Part shown: positions 46,566 to 59,476 of the stretch, piece after piece
Position numbering within the stretch: position 1 is the stretch's first letter
How the letters are laid out: each line of letters opens with the position of its first letter
NCBI GenBank assembly: GCA_044892525.1
Contig: CM097887.1
Location: 119,142,397-119,206,396, forward strand
DNA: 64,000 nt
Reading direction: 5' to 3'
From: Schmidtea polychroa
Lineage: Eukaryota
The notes under the pieces: model-generated
What the model was told of the DNA's origin: nothing
Database searches by the model: none
The model's input: the letters and a program-made list of their open reading frames with translations, nothing else
Translations under genes and position numbers: made by a program

Positions 46566-49500
46566 ATGAATTTCAATATATTTTTATACGTTGTTTTCAT
46601 TTTTATTGTATGTCTTGTATTGAAAAGTGAAGGAGGTAAAATATTTTTTATTAAATGAAAAATTGATTATAGCTTATTTCTTTAGAATATCAATTAACGT
46701 CAAAAAATAGTTTATCAGATAATTTTTATTTAAAAATTACTTACCCAATCGAGTTACAGAACTTTTACATACTTAGCCCAGCTAAGATCGGTCCACAGTT
46801 TGTAAGTATATATGTTCTACAAAATTAATTTCATAAATTTTTTTGTTATTGAATAGTATACTATTTATTAATCAAATTATTTCATAAGCATAACTTGAAC
46901 ATCGTCTAATTAGTTCATAAACTATTTTACTAAACACACTTTCAAAGTTTGTTAGGATAAATGGGTTGTAAATTACATCATTAAATTTTATGCTTACAAA
47001 TAAATTTGATAAATTTAGTGAAATGAATTATTTCAATTTTAATGCAATCCTTTTCTGAATATTTCATAAATGAATTTTATTTTTTTAGTGAAATTTGAAG
47101 AATCAAGAAGTTGTTACGATTTTTACTAATTAATTTTAATATGCAATTGTTTAATATATGACTTTTAATAAATAACCCATTTAGAATACAACTTATACAA
47201 ATGCCAGTCTAGTAATAGCTCAACCTGAACACGGATGTTCAAATCTACAAAATTCTCAAAACATTACATCAAAAATTGCCCTTATCATTCGAGGGTAATG
47301 GAATAAAATCAATAGACAACTTGTTAATTACTCTCCTTTATTAGAGGCTGCAGTTTTGTAGTGAAAATTATTAACGCTCAATTGGCTGGAGCATCAGCTG
47401 TTATTGTATATGATTACAGTCAGCTAAATAAACGTCTAATAAGCATGGTGCATGATGATACTGGACGCCAGGTTCATATTCCATCTGCATTTATGAACGG
47501 TGTTGATGGGTTAGTTATTAAATATTATATGTCAATTACTAAATAACCAATAAAAATCAATATATTCAAATTAATTCTAATATAAATTCAACCAATCACA
47601 TTTTATCAATCTTTTATTTATGAAACATGAAATAATGATAAACATCTCTAGAATCTGAGGAAATTATATATAAAATAGAATTAAAAATAATTTATCTTAC
47701 AAAAATGCTGAGAATCATGGAAAATTTTCCCCACTTTTCAAATTAATCGAGAGAAAAATACGAAAAAGTTCCCAAGATATTTCAAGTTTCGAATATTTTA
47801 AAATATACAAATATTTCCTCTATTTTCAGTTCTCATTATAGATTAATATTCTCATTTATTTTGCATGAATTTCCAATACAATCTTTTTGTCGGTGGAGGT
47901 TCACGAATACAATATTGATCTGTGTATAATTAAATACTGGTTATATAAATTTAGTAACAATGACTTTGAATAAAAATTTATAATTCAATTTAATTTTTAC
48001 AGCTTTCACACCCCGTCCTTCTTTTATCCTGTGTATTTGCTTTAGCACAAGGGTAGAGTAGACAGTATTTTGATTTCTCTTGGAATCTCCGAATTCGATG
48101 CTGATAAATTTTGAAATTTTATAGTTTATTAGAAGCTGCTTAATAAGTTTTTTATCGTTTCATCTATTTTTCCTTCCAGGTTGACTGGCTGTCTCCAAGG
48201 TTTAATATTTATCGGTTTTCCTTGAGTTTCTATTTTATGCTTCAACTGCTTTGTGCAGCCAATGTCCCATTTATCAGCCACGAAAACATTTTGATTCTTT
48301 TTTGTTATGTTCAGTAGTATCGGATTATTTATCTGTAAAGTATTCTTTGCTCTTTGAAATCGTTCCATCTCCGTTATTGTCTTTACAAATTTGGCTTCGA
48401 TACTGCACATGTGCTCTGCTTCGTTTTCTCGACCTCTTCTACTGGCCATTTTAGTTGTATACCGAATTGTTTCTGCAACTATATACCACCAATTACCCCT
48501 GGAGTCATATATCGTACTATCGTAAACTTTACCCTTCTTTTCCTGCCATTTATTACTATTTTTAATATTGCTTTACCTTTTGTTTCTAAAACACTATTAT
48601 TTGCACATCTCAATGTATCAGTCGTTGTTGTTAGTTCTACATCTTTAAGTTTCTCAAATTTGCTCCAACTCATGACATTTACTGTAGCTCCTGTATCGAC
48701 CAAGCATTCCATCTCATGGTCTTGTATTCTAATAGTCACACTTGGTCGGCCTTGCATTTTATCATAACTAATAATATCATTTTCCCATTCATCTAATGTG
48801 AGTATTTGTATTTTGTCTCTTTCTATTTCTGCAAAATCCTTTTATATGAATCTGTTTACTTTCCTTATTACATTATTTGCCTCTTCCGTTACCTCTGTAC
48901 CTTTCACATCTTTTTCTATAATACAAGATATTTTACTTTTATTATAATACTTAATAATATGGCAGTCAGCATCGCTGTCTAATACACTGCCGACTATCTC
49001 CTCTTCTATCGGGGCGTTGATAATTCGGTATTCTCTTTATTTATCTTCTATTCTTTCATCACTTGGTTCGTCTATGAATGCTACGTATCTCCTGTCTGCT
49101 TGTCTTGTTTCCTTTCTCGTTCCTTGATAACAATTCCCTGCTTCGTATCGCTCTTGTTGTCTTCCAAAATTCTCATTGATTCTCCGATATCTCATTCTCT
49201 CCAAATTTGTGTAACAATCTGTCTCTTTATGACCTCCCAAGCTACACCTCATACACTTTATCTTTTGACAATCTCTTCTCACATGTCCCGGGGTACCACA
49301 CGCATAACATTCGGTTACCTTTCTCTGCATCTGTGGACACTGACTGCTTACATGTCCTTGTCTTCCACATGTAAAACATGTAACTGCCTTCTTTGTTATG
49401 CAATCTCTACTCAAATGTCCTACCTTGTGACATGTCCAACATTCGTTCTTAGTTCTGTTCGGTCTTTCTTCTCGATACTCTCTCGGCTCGCTATTATATC

Positions 49501-52231
49501 TTGGTGATACAATATTTCTTGCTCATATACCCCGCGGGTTTTTAAGTTTTGTGTAAAAATTAACCAATATAGTAAAATAATCAATACGTGTAAAAGGGTT
49601 TGATATAACCCTCACAAATATAGACCCAACACCCCCCCTGTGGGGTATGTAAAATTCGGTATAACCCACGGGTTATATGCGGTAATTGCAGATCACCCAA
49701 TCACCACATTTTGGCCTTTGAAATTATTCTAATGCTTCAAATTTACTTTTATCACCATGAATGCCTTTGTTATTTATGACTAAGCCTTAAAATTTCACCT
49801 CTTTTTATAGTAGTTTACATTTTTCTGGATTAATCCTAAGCTTTGCATTTTCTATTTTCTCCAATGATTTCTCAAGCATTTTATGACATTCTATCTTCCA
49901 AATAAGCCATTTCTTCATTCTACAAATCTTGTAATATTTTAGTCATAATTTATTGGAATGTACCTGATGCTACTGCAATCCCAAATTGACATTTTATTGA
50001 AACAGATATGTTGTTCTTTAGTTGAAAATGATTCTGGATCCAATTTTACCCGATAGTATTCGTTTCCTAGATTGATTGAGCTGAAACATTTAAATCTCTA
50101 TAAAACATTAGAATTTCATCTACATTTGGTATAGTAAATGAACCTATAATTTAAACTTGAAAAAAAAATCTTTTGACGAGAAGAAATACTTAGGCTTTTA
50201 TAATGTAAATTTAACAAAAAAAAATATTTTAACAAAAAAAAATATAAAAAAAATTGAAAATTAAATTTTCAAGCCAAAAACTCGTACTTTCTCTCTACTC
50301 CTGTGTTTCTGTAATTTTGTTGGTTTGTCTATAATTCAAACAGAGTCCGACACGAAGTATACTATTCTCTTATAATTCTGTCATTTTCTAAATTTATAAG
50401 TTGCGTTTTTGGGTTTATCATTATTGGTCCACTATTTGTTGTTATTTTGTGTTTAATTAAATCAGTGCATCCAATATCATACTTATCTACCACTAAAACC
50501 CCTTCCTTTTCTATACGACTTCCAAAATATCTTATTTTAACTAAATTTCAAACTTCATATATTCTTCCTTGGCCTTTCTCTTCCAATTTTCAGTATAACC
50601 GATGGTTGACTGTCAATTTTACGCAGAAACTATCTCATGTCAACGATTACTATATTGTAATTGAATATGGAAGTAAAGTAAAACATTCTAAATGAACTCT
50701 AATAAATTTTATTTATATTGAATGAAAATTAAGCTTTGGACATATTTTTTATGTAATTTTAAAATTTTTGATAAACTTTTAGGCATGAAATGACGAGTTT
50801 ACTCGTCACCGGTCAATAATGTGTTAATTATATGCCGAATTGTTTTTGTAGTTCTACACCACCAATAACATCGGTTGCAATATTTGTAAAAGTCACATTT
50901 TCACATCAAATCGATTCTAATTTACTCTCATTTGAGGATCTTAATATTTAATTCTCTTCTATTATTTATACATCTTTTAATTTATCAATTACATTTATCC
51001 GGGCCCCTATATCGAGTATGCATTTTATCTCACAGTTCAGAATTTTAATTGTGCTAGTTGATTTGCCTTGCTCTACCTTTTTTTAATTTCCACAATATTA
51101 TTGACCCATATAGGCTCATTATAATTTCTACTCTGTATCTTTTTAATAAAATTATTTACCTTTTCTGCGGTTCTTTATCATTAGATTTATTATTTTCTAT
51201 TTTATAAACAAATGCATTTTTAATTTATCAATAACCACATCAAAATCATTATTTACATTATCATAGCCAATATCTACATCAATATCAAAATTACCTAATG
51301 AAAACTATTTTGCTTTAATTTCAAATTTTCATTTTTATGCCATCTTAACTTTCATTAATTTACCTATTTTTTAAATATTCCCTTATTAAGTCACTGCTTT
51401 CTTTATTTGATCTAATTAACTCATTTGTAATGATTACGTAATCCGAACTTATTACGTATTCAAACTTATTTCAATAAATTCTCTCTTTCGTACTTTCTTT
51501 GACTAATTTAATCAAACTACAAGTTCTTTCCCCAGCCCAAACTTCGTCCATTTATTGCTGTTGAAATTATTTACACTTCTTTTGATTAATCACAAAAATC
51601 CTCTTTAGTAAATTGAAATTTGTGTAAAAAATTTTTAGGTCAAAATTTTTATTCAAAATCAATATCCACAAAAATCATGTAAAAATTATCAACCAAAAAT
51701 CCCTACACACAAAAGCCGTGGTCCAAAATAAAGAATAAACTTGGAGCGAGGAATACAAATTGCCATATTTTATCTACTTTCGTGTTTTAAAGCACAAAGT
51801 TTACAAATAAATAAGTAAAATTTAAAAACTAATTAAATCAATAATCCATTGTGATATGCTAAAAATAAGACTCCGAAATACGACAAAACTATGCAACAAT
51901 TTAATATATATTGTCATCAATATAAAGGCGATTTCTATACATATTCTTAAGTTTAACAACTTCGTTATTTTTATTAGATTCTATAACATTTAATTGTTTT
52001 TGTTTAATTTCTGAAATAACTTTTTTAATTTTAAAATTTCGATTCTTAAATTTTGTATTCGTTAATTTTCCTCTACACAATTTCTATCTACAAATTATTA
52101 CTTATTCTAGGCATCGCGTATCTTCTGTTTTGAACAGCTTGAACTTGGAATCCGCCACAGTGGTGTTTCCATTAAATGTGACTGGTTTGCCTATATTTCA
52201 TCAAAAAGTCATCACATGGACGTTGTGGTAG
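46566..52231 (+). CDS. PRADC1: Protease-associated domain-containing protein 1-like (secreted PA-domain protein), 5 exons
   Basis: Exons 46566-46635 (signal peptide MNFNIFLYVVFIFIVCLVLKSEG), 46686-46801, 47185-47294, 47345-47509, 52111-52231, all GT-AG and in frame. Motifs SPAKIGPQF, IALIIRGGCSF..K...AQ.AGA.AVI, MVHDDT....IPSAF..G.DG and FPLNVTGLP.....WTLW* match PRADC1 as recalled. Confidence 0.85.
48000..49510 (-). mobile_element. Degraded Ty3/Gypsy gag-pro-RT start inside PRADC1 intron 4 (antisense)
   Basis: Three CCHC knuckles (49037-49414), aspartic protease LVDTGATVNV (48479-48757), pre-RT HKIETQGKPINIKPWRQP. Confidence 0.85.
49528..49682. mobile_element. Remnant of pogo-family end related to 31950-34189
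   Basis: ATAACCCACGGGTTATATGCG matches ATAACCCGCGGGTTATATGCG at 34158-34178. Confidence 0.55.
49690..51200 (-). pseudogene. Further Gypsy RT and protease remnants
   Basis: FGIAVASGTFQ / LRINPEKC-like RT pieces at ~49700-50050; ILDIGARINV-like protease piece near 51000-51030. Confidence 0.6.
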
Positions 52232-53021
52232 ATGTCCTGTGTTGTATATTGTTGCAATTTTCAAATATTCGTTTGTGATTATTTCAATCGATTTTCTTTA
52301 TTGATTTTGTTTTTACCTTTTGTCTTTTTTATGTCGAGTCATTTAAACATATTTGTATAGGTATAATGAGAAGTGCTTTACTCTGTTGTCCTAAACGTAA
52401 ATTAAACAAATACAAAAAAATATCAAATTATTGATTTTTTAATTTTGCTCATTATTATTGATTATAAGTGTTTTAATCAATAAATGTTAAAATATCGATT
52501 AAAAAATCATGGAACTGACAGCGACTGAGTTGAGATATATAGCGTATGTGACACCAAGTTTCCACTTGAAAGCTTTATTCAGAGATTTAAATATGAATTT
52601 GGCCAATAGTGAGTTGTAAGATTGACGATTTGCCCGTTTTTTGGATTCATAATGAAACACAATTGTATTATAATGAAGAAATTAGACCCATTGTGACTAA
52701 AATTACAAGTGTATCAGAAGTATTTAACTATCGATCTCGCCATATAAAGTGATGGCATTGCTTGGTTTTTTCATTTTAGACAGAAAATGAGAGAATTATA
52801 CAATTAGCAACAACTTCATTACTTTTTGGCATTATTTTTGAATCGTGTATTGGCAGTTACAGTCCATGCTGTAGAAATTTGTTTTTATCCCATTCCAAGA
52901 ACATTAAAACCATATTTTCAAAGACATTTAAATGTTTGCGGCATTATGAAGCATTTTAATATTAGAATTTATATAGGAAACGTCATTCCGTTCGAATTGA
53001 GCAATGTGATTGGTTAGATTG

Positions 53022-53393
53022 CAGTGGTTCTCAACACGTGTTCCACGATTACGATTCCAGTGTTCCGTGAAAAAAAATGACATTTTACCTTTAAATTTGC
53101 ATTTAAGATACATATCATCAAAAACCTCAATTAATTTTTTTATAAGATGATTCAATAAGCAAGCCGTTACACAGATATATAAACATACAAATATAAAAGT
53201 GTTTTTATTGCTCGTTATTGTTGCGCGTGGTATTTTCTTTGCTTATAAGAAGGCGTTGTTTACGTTTACGACAGATTTATAGTAATTTGTGATTGGTCAC
53301 TCATTGTGGGCAAGTATTTTTTTGTCAGTGTTTCGCGTTAAAAAAAATCATGTGAATGGTGTTCTGCGCTTTTATATTAATTGAGAACCACTG
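53022..53393. mobile_element. Non-autonomous hAT MITE
   Basis: 13-bp TIR CAGTGGTTCTCAA / TTGAGAACCACTG; near-matching flanks GTTAGATT(G) / GTAAGATT(G). Confidence 0.85.
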
Positions 53394-54827
53394 GTAAGAT
53401 TGTGTATGGTGCATAATAAGACCCTTACTGTAGTTGCTTGTATAATTTGGGAACGCCATTGATCGATTTTTGCCAACTTACTCATATTATAAGGAGTGGG
53501 CAAAGCTGTATGTGGGTTGGGATTACTCGTTAAAAGAACTGATATAAAATCTTTTGCTTGTTTTTATATATTCAAGATCAATGAGTGTTTTCTGCAGTCC
53601 TTGAGTAGGACATCGGTATAAAGTAACCAAGTTGATGCTTTATATTTTGCATCTGCGTGCTATCGGTAGAGATGGCTTCACGGACATCATTTTCAATCAT
53701 CGGTTTTGTCTTGAATAACAATCGATATGTGTGACTCGAAGTTGGTAGCAATCTGTTGAATAACTATTGGGGTTCGTATAGATGAGTCAAAAGAAATGGG
53801 CAAATGGAAAAAATTCAAAATTGACGTACTACCGTGGGAAAAGGTATGTATATATATATATGCAAATTATGAGACGAATACAGATAAAATAATATAAAAT
53901 CAACTGTATCTCCCCAGAAAAAATATTCAAAAAATATAAACCAATTAAAAACAATTAATTTAGTAGCTATGATGGAAACCTGGAGTAGTAATTGACAAAT
54001 AAAATGTTTAGTTAATATCAAAATAAAATTATGCAGTCTGTTTACGTATAGGGGAAATATCACCTACCTAATTATTTTGTTTTTAGGAAATCACCTGTTA
54101 TGAAATTTTTTTAATGTTGGTTATTTGAATTAATTTGAACATGACAAATCTATAAAATGTCTATAAAATCAGTTTGTCGAAGATTGAAATATGCAACAAG
54201 CAAGGAGACCGAAGTCAACTTAAAGTCATAAGTAAATAATCAAGTGAAAAGTTGATAGATAAATAAAGTCAGTTTCCCATTGTGATTTCCTCTATGTTAT
54301 TGTCAAAGGGTAGAGATTAAAAGTGATTAACAATATTGTAAAAACTTTGATTTTCAATAAAAAAAAAGTATTTGGTTTTATTTGATCAATTAAGACAAAG
54401 AGTACGATGAGTCAGAATCAGTACCAATGTTAATAAATAATAATCCAACCAAGATTCCTACTAGGCATAATTTATTATTCGGTCACTCTGATGTCCGTAG
54501 TCTAGTTAATTGATGAAGTTTATCGTGAACTCTCTTGCAACATCACCATGAGATCACAATACAGTCTTCCGTCGTAAAAAACGCCTAGAGAGTACGCCAA
54601 CTGGGCAGTTAATTCGAATAGGACGCTCATGGTGTTATATTCGAACAAGCCAACAAAATTCAACAAAAAATTTTTTGCTAATTTATTTATTTGAAAATTA
54701 TTAACCTCTCATGGTTTTAAAAAATAAAACCATTCCATTATAGTTTAATTTTTAATGACATTATAACATAATATGGTCTTTTTTAATATTTGTTGTATTA
54801 TTTATTATTATTTTGGAGACTATAAAT

Positions 54828-55990
54828 ATGAGCGGAAAAGGAAAGTCGTATTCATTATATTTTAAATGCAATTAAATAAAGAATATAAACCTAAAGTTCC
54901 TAGATATGGTTTTCTGCTTAAAGTAAAATATATGACAACATAAACAGTTTGCGACTGGGTACAAGATCAAGTGGAAATTTTTAAGATAATATCAAATGTA
55001 GACATATATGCAGCAGTAGCAAGGTAATTTCCTGGTGGTAGTTGGAAAAAAGAATTTGGCGAACTAGAAGATGTGCTGATCAATGATAGAAATGGGAAAG
55101 GTCTTCGCATCAGAGATAAATACATTAGAGAAATGGCGCATTATGTAAAACAAAATTATAATTTGTAAAAATTTTAAAGCATCAAGTGGCTGGCTTAATA
55201 AATTTAAACCACTTTAAATTAGCTTTGAGACGATAAACAACATTCCGAAGCTTAACGGAGATTCCAATAAAGTTGTCCGTGAATTTATATTGCAGGATAC
55301 AAAAATGATATCGGATAAATAATTTTAAAAAAAATTGAATCGAACCTTCTAAACGTGAATCAAGTTCCGAGATATTTTGAACCTTAACCACCAAAGGAAT
55401 ACGAAATGTGGTAATGCGAAAAGCGTATAGCTCCCATAAAAGATTCAGTGCTACGTTTATGGTCACGGTTAATGGAAAAATTTTAAAACCACATTTGTTA
55501 TTTTCCAAATTAAAAAAATTTTTTAAAGTTCACAGTGGTTGTTTTGTTGACCTAAATAACAGTGTGATGTGGAGGGACGACATATTAAAAATTTTTATTA
55601 TGAATAGACCACAAACTAATTTGCTTCGTGACCTAGCTCTATTGATTATGGATTCTATGAATTCTACACATTAAATTAACTGACACAAGATACTATGAAA
55701 AGCATAATATTTTTATTGAGATAATTCCAGCAAAAATCACAAGAATATTACAACCATTGGATGTTGTTGTCAAAGAGATATTTCAAGAAAGCTGTAATGA
55801 TTTATACGATGCATACATTGCTGAAACTTCCTGAGTCTGAAATGCACATAGAGCAAAGGAATCCGAAAGTACCAAATTATAGTATCGTTTAGAAATGGGT
55901 AGTTGATTGGACAAAGAGTATTGTTGATGAAGATATAGTGTGGTATTACCTCCGAAGAAAAATTTGAAATGGGAAAACTTCATGATCCAT
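54828..55990 (+). pseudogene. Highly degraded pogo/Tigger transposase
   Basis: FKASSGWLNKF, G.ILKPHLLF, LIMDS...H, ILQPLDV motifs across stops and frameshifts. Confidence 0.75.
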
Positions 55991-57024
55991 TAAAAACCTT
56001 TTGTGACGATCACTTTGATATCAGCACATAAATGTCGGTCTCTGCAGGCAATATGTAAGCGAATGCTGATTGGTAATTTAAAATGATTGAAGGCGGATAG
56101 GTGTCTTAAATAACTGATTCTGCCAATTGAAAGCTTGTTTAAATACGTCGAAAATAAATAGTACGAATACATTGTTAGAGCATAAAATAGCAACTATATA
56201 AATATTCAAATTATTATATATTATTTCAATTTTTTTTTAAAATAATGATTTACTTTATTTTTAAAATTTTCTATTTTATTTATTTTTAATTCATTTCGCC
56301 GCAATGTTGGTATTAGTAATTTCAATACCGGTATTAATACCGGTATCGGATGTTCATAGAAAAAATATATAAAAAATAGATTGCTAAATTATAAATCATT
56401 TTTTATTACTTTTTAATAATGTTCCACTATAAAGTATGTATATCATTAAAACTAATTTAAAAATAAATTATTAGGAAATTATGGGAAATTTTTTTATTTT
56501 TGAGTGTTAAGGAAATATGCTTTGAAGAAGCATAAAAGATCCAACGAGTCATCATTCAGACGGTTATGCAGCTTAATAAAGAAAATTTCTTTCAAATTCA
56601 ACGTTTGTTGGTCTTATTGTCAACAAATGTTATTACACAAGAATTAACAAAGAACCTCGGTAACCGGTATGAATAAACATTGTAAGTTCTTTTTTTAATG
56701 ATTACATTCTATTTAAATCATGAATAGGCATGCCTAATTTTTCCTTAGTTAGTTGCTGTGTAATATCCTGGTGCAATCGTTTGTTAATTTCTGCTAAAGA
56801 TATTTCTAAATCAGAATCATTTTCGGATAATTCATGTTTATCATCAATAGATTGATTTGACAAACGTCCCAAGAGATTTGAGACGATATTTAATATCGTT
56901 TTTTGAGAAGCTTTAGGAAAAATAACATTTTTTGAGATTTTCCTTTCAAAATGTAAATAATCCAAGACACTAGATAAAACTATCCGAGGTTCTGAAATAC
57001 GATGTGTGAGACTTTCCTTTAGAG

Positions 57025-59476
57025 CAGGGGTGGGCAAACTTTTTCTGTAAAGGGCCACATAGAAAACTTGATTGTTATCGGGGGCCGCATATATATTTTG
57101 TCTACTACTTTTCTTTAGTTACAATTTTTACAACTTATGAAAATATGAATTGATGAGAATAGTCATGTATTTGTCAGTTTATTTCACATTCCCACTCTAT
57201 TACAAATACACATTACATTTTCAAATAGGAACTAAACGAATTGCTAATTTGGGAATAAGATTTTACTATTCATAATTATTCCAACAAATGTTTATTGTTA
57301 CACGTCATAATAATTATGAAGACAAAGAAACTTTATTTACATACAAGCCGACCACAATGTACAAATATAATTAATGAGAAGTAAGTAACTGTTCACAATT
57401 TTGAATAATTTTCTTGAACTGTGGAACCAGTTTACTGGTTGTGATTCGCATAACTGCATTTAAATTGCAGTCAGTCAACATCGATCTATTCTTAGACTTA
57501 TTTATTTTCATAGAAGAAAACGCTTGCTCACAAATGTATGTGGACCCAAATAGTGACAAAAACTTGGCAGCAAAGTGTTTTAGCTGCGGAAATACTGCTG
57601 CTGGCAAACATCCATAAAACTCCAGCAGAAGAACTGACTTGAACTTCTCCTTCAGGTCATTTTCTGCTTGTAAGTCAAGCAGTTCTAACTGTATATCCTC
57701 TGGGGCTGAATCAGCTTCTGCACTAAATGGCGAACTGAGGATATTGAAGTCTAGGGTTTTGAAGTCTTGGAACCTCCTTTCAAACTCCACAACCAAGGCA
57801 TCCAACTGAGCCTTGTACTTGTCAGCCATTTGACCAGAAATGGTATTCTGATTCAGGAAAGGGAAATGGCAAAACCTGTTTTCACCAGCTTGCCTGGAGA
57901 CCAGGGAGAGTTTTGCCTGAAATGATTTAACATGTACATACATTTCATGTGCAAACAAGCTATTGCCCTGAAGTTTAACATTCAGCTCATTCAACTTTTC
58001 CATAATGTCAATGGCAAACATGAAGTCTGACTTCCACTCTTCGTTAACAATGTTAGTGCTAAAGTCACAAACAACCCCCTTTATTTCCAAGAACATAACT
58101 ATTTCTTTCTTGAGATCCCACACTCGCCCAAATATCTTGCCTAGGCTTAGCCAGCGGACACTGCTGTGGTCAGAATGTTCAGTTTCCAAATCTTTAAGCA
58201 GTGTCTGAAACTGCCTGTGATTAAGTGCCCTGGCTCTGATGAGGTTTATCACACTGACAACTGGAGCAATAACATGCTTAATATGCAATGCAGCTTTACA
58301 CAGACTTTCCTGATGAATGTCACAGTGGAGAGGTAAAAGTGCCTGGTTTAGGATATTTTTCATCAACTTCACCAGACCAACATTTTTTCCAGTCAAATCT
58401 CGCGCTTCATCGGTTGTTACACTTGCCACCTTGTTCCACATCAACCCAGTTCTTTCAACACAGTTCTCAACAGAGTTGAATAAATCCTGGCCTGTGGTTG
58501 TGTCTTTGAGCGGCTTAACACTAAGCAATTCTTCAGTAAGCTCGAAACGAGTGTTTATTCCCCGTATAAATACCAACATTTGGGCTGTGTCCTGTACATC
58601 GGTACTTTCGTCCAATGCAAGAGAATACCACAAAAAGTCTTTGCTTGCATCTCGAAGTTGGTGCATCAAATTTTCACTTATCTTTTCAACACGCCTGACT
58701 ACGGCTCTCCTTGATAAAGTAATGCTGTCAAATTTTGTTTTCTGTTCTCGACACATAATGCTTGCTGCATCTGACAAGTATTCCTTAATGAACTCGCCGT
58801 CAGAAAAGAGCTTGTTACGTTTTACAATCTTATGGGACAGCATCAAACTGGTCTTGGTTGCAGTATCTTGTATTACAGAATGTTTGGTGAGAACAGTTTG
58901 CTGCTTCTTTAAATTATTAAGTAACTCCTGGCATTTCTTTTTTCTCTCTTCCTTTGTTAAATTGCGCCCGAAATCCAAATGTCTTGTTTCGTAGTGTCTT
59001 TTCAAGTTGTACTCTTTAAAGACGCTCACACACTCACGGCACAGCAAGCAGACTGCTTTGCTCCCAACGCTCGTGAAGCAGTATTTAGCAGTCCATTCGA
59101 CATCAAAAACACGACATTCGTCTTCAATCTTTCTTTTTTAGCAACACTCATGGGTAATTCAAAGTCTATTCGCTTTAAAATTACAATTTTTACAAAGCCT
59201 TTCAAAATGTAAATTGTAAATAAAAGCCTCTTCTGGTTGAGCGAAAAAGCAGTTTCGATGTTAACTAGTAATGACCAGTAATTAATTATTCTGGAGCCAT
59301 AAAATCAATTTAATATCCATAAATTCGAATCAAAGCAATAAGAAATACATTTCAAAAATATAGGCAAAACTGCAAGTCTAAGCTCCAAACAAAGAAAATT
59401 AATTTTGCATAGGATCGCCACATGTACATGCATACGGGCCGCATGCGTCCCGCGGGCCGTAGTTTGCCCACCCCTG
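57025..59476 (-). mobile_element. Charlie/SPIN/Buster-type hAT transposon, nested insertion
   Basis: 16-bp perfect TIR CAGGGGTGGGCAAACT; perfect 8-bp TSD CTTTAGAG. Confidence 0.96.
57371..59151 (-). CDS. Buster/Charlie-type transposase (GTF2IRD2/EPM2AIP1-like family); 1-nt frameshift just after the start
   Basis: CLLC..KEYNLKRHYETRH, SLALDESTD, SVTTD, HCDIHQE, VRWLS, GSTYICEQAFS. ATG at 59151 (MSVAKK) needs one more A in an A6 run to join the 558 aa ORF. Confidence 0.9.

Noticed and set aside
52141-52165. CCGCCACAGTGG as a hAT terminus
   Set aside because: It lies within PRADC1 exon 5 coding sequence (ESATVV).
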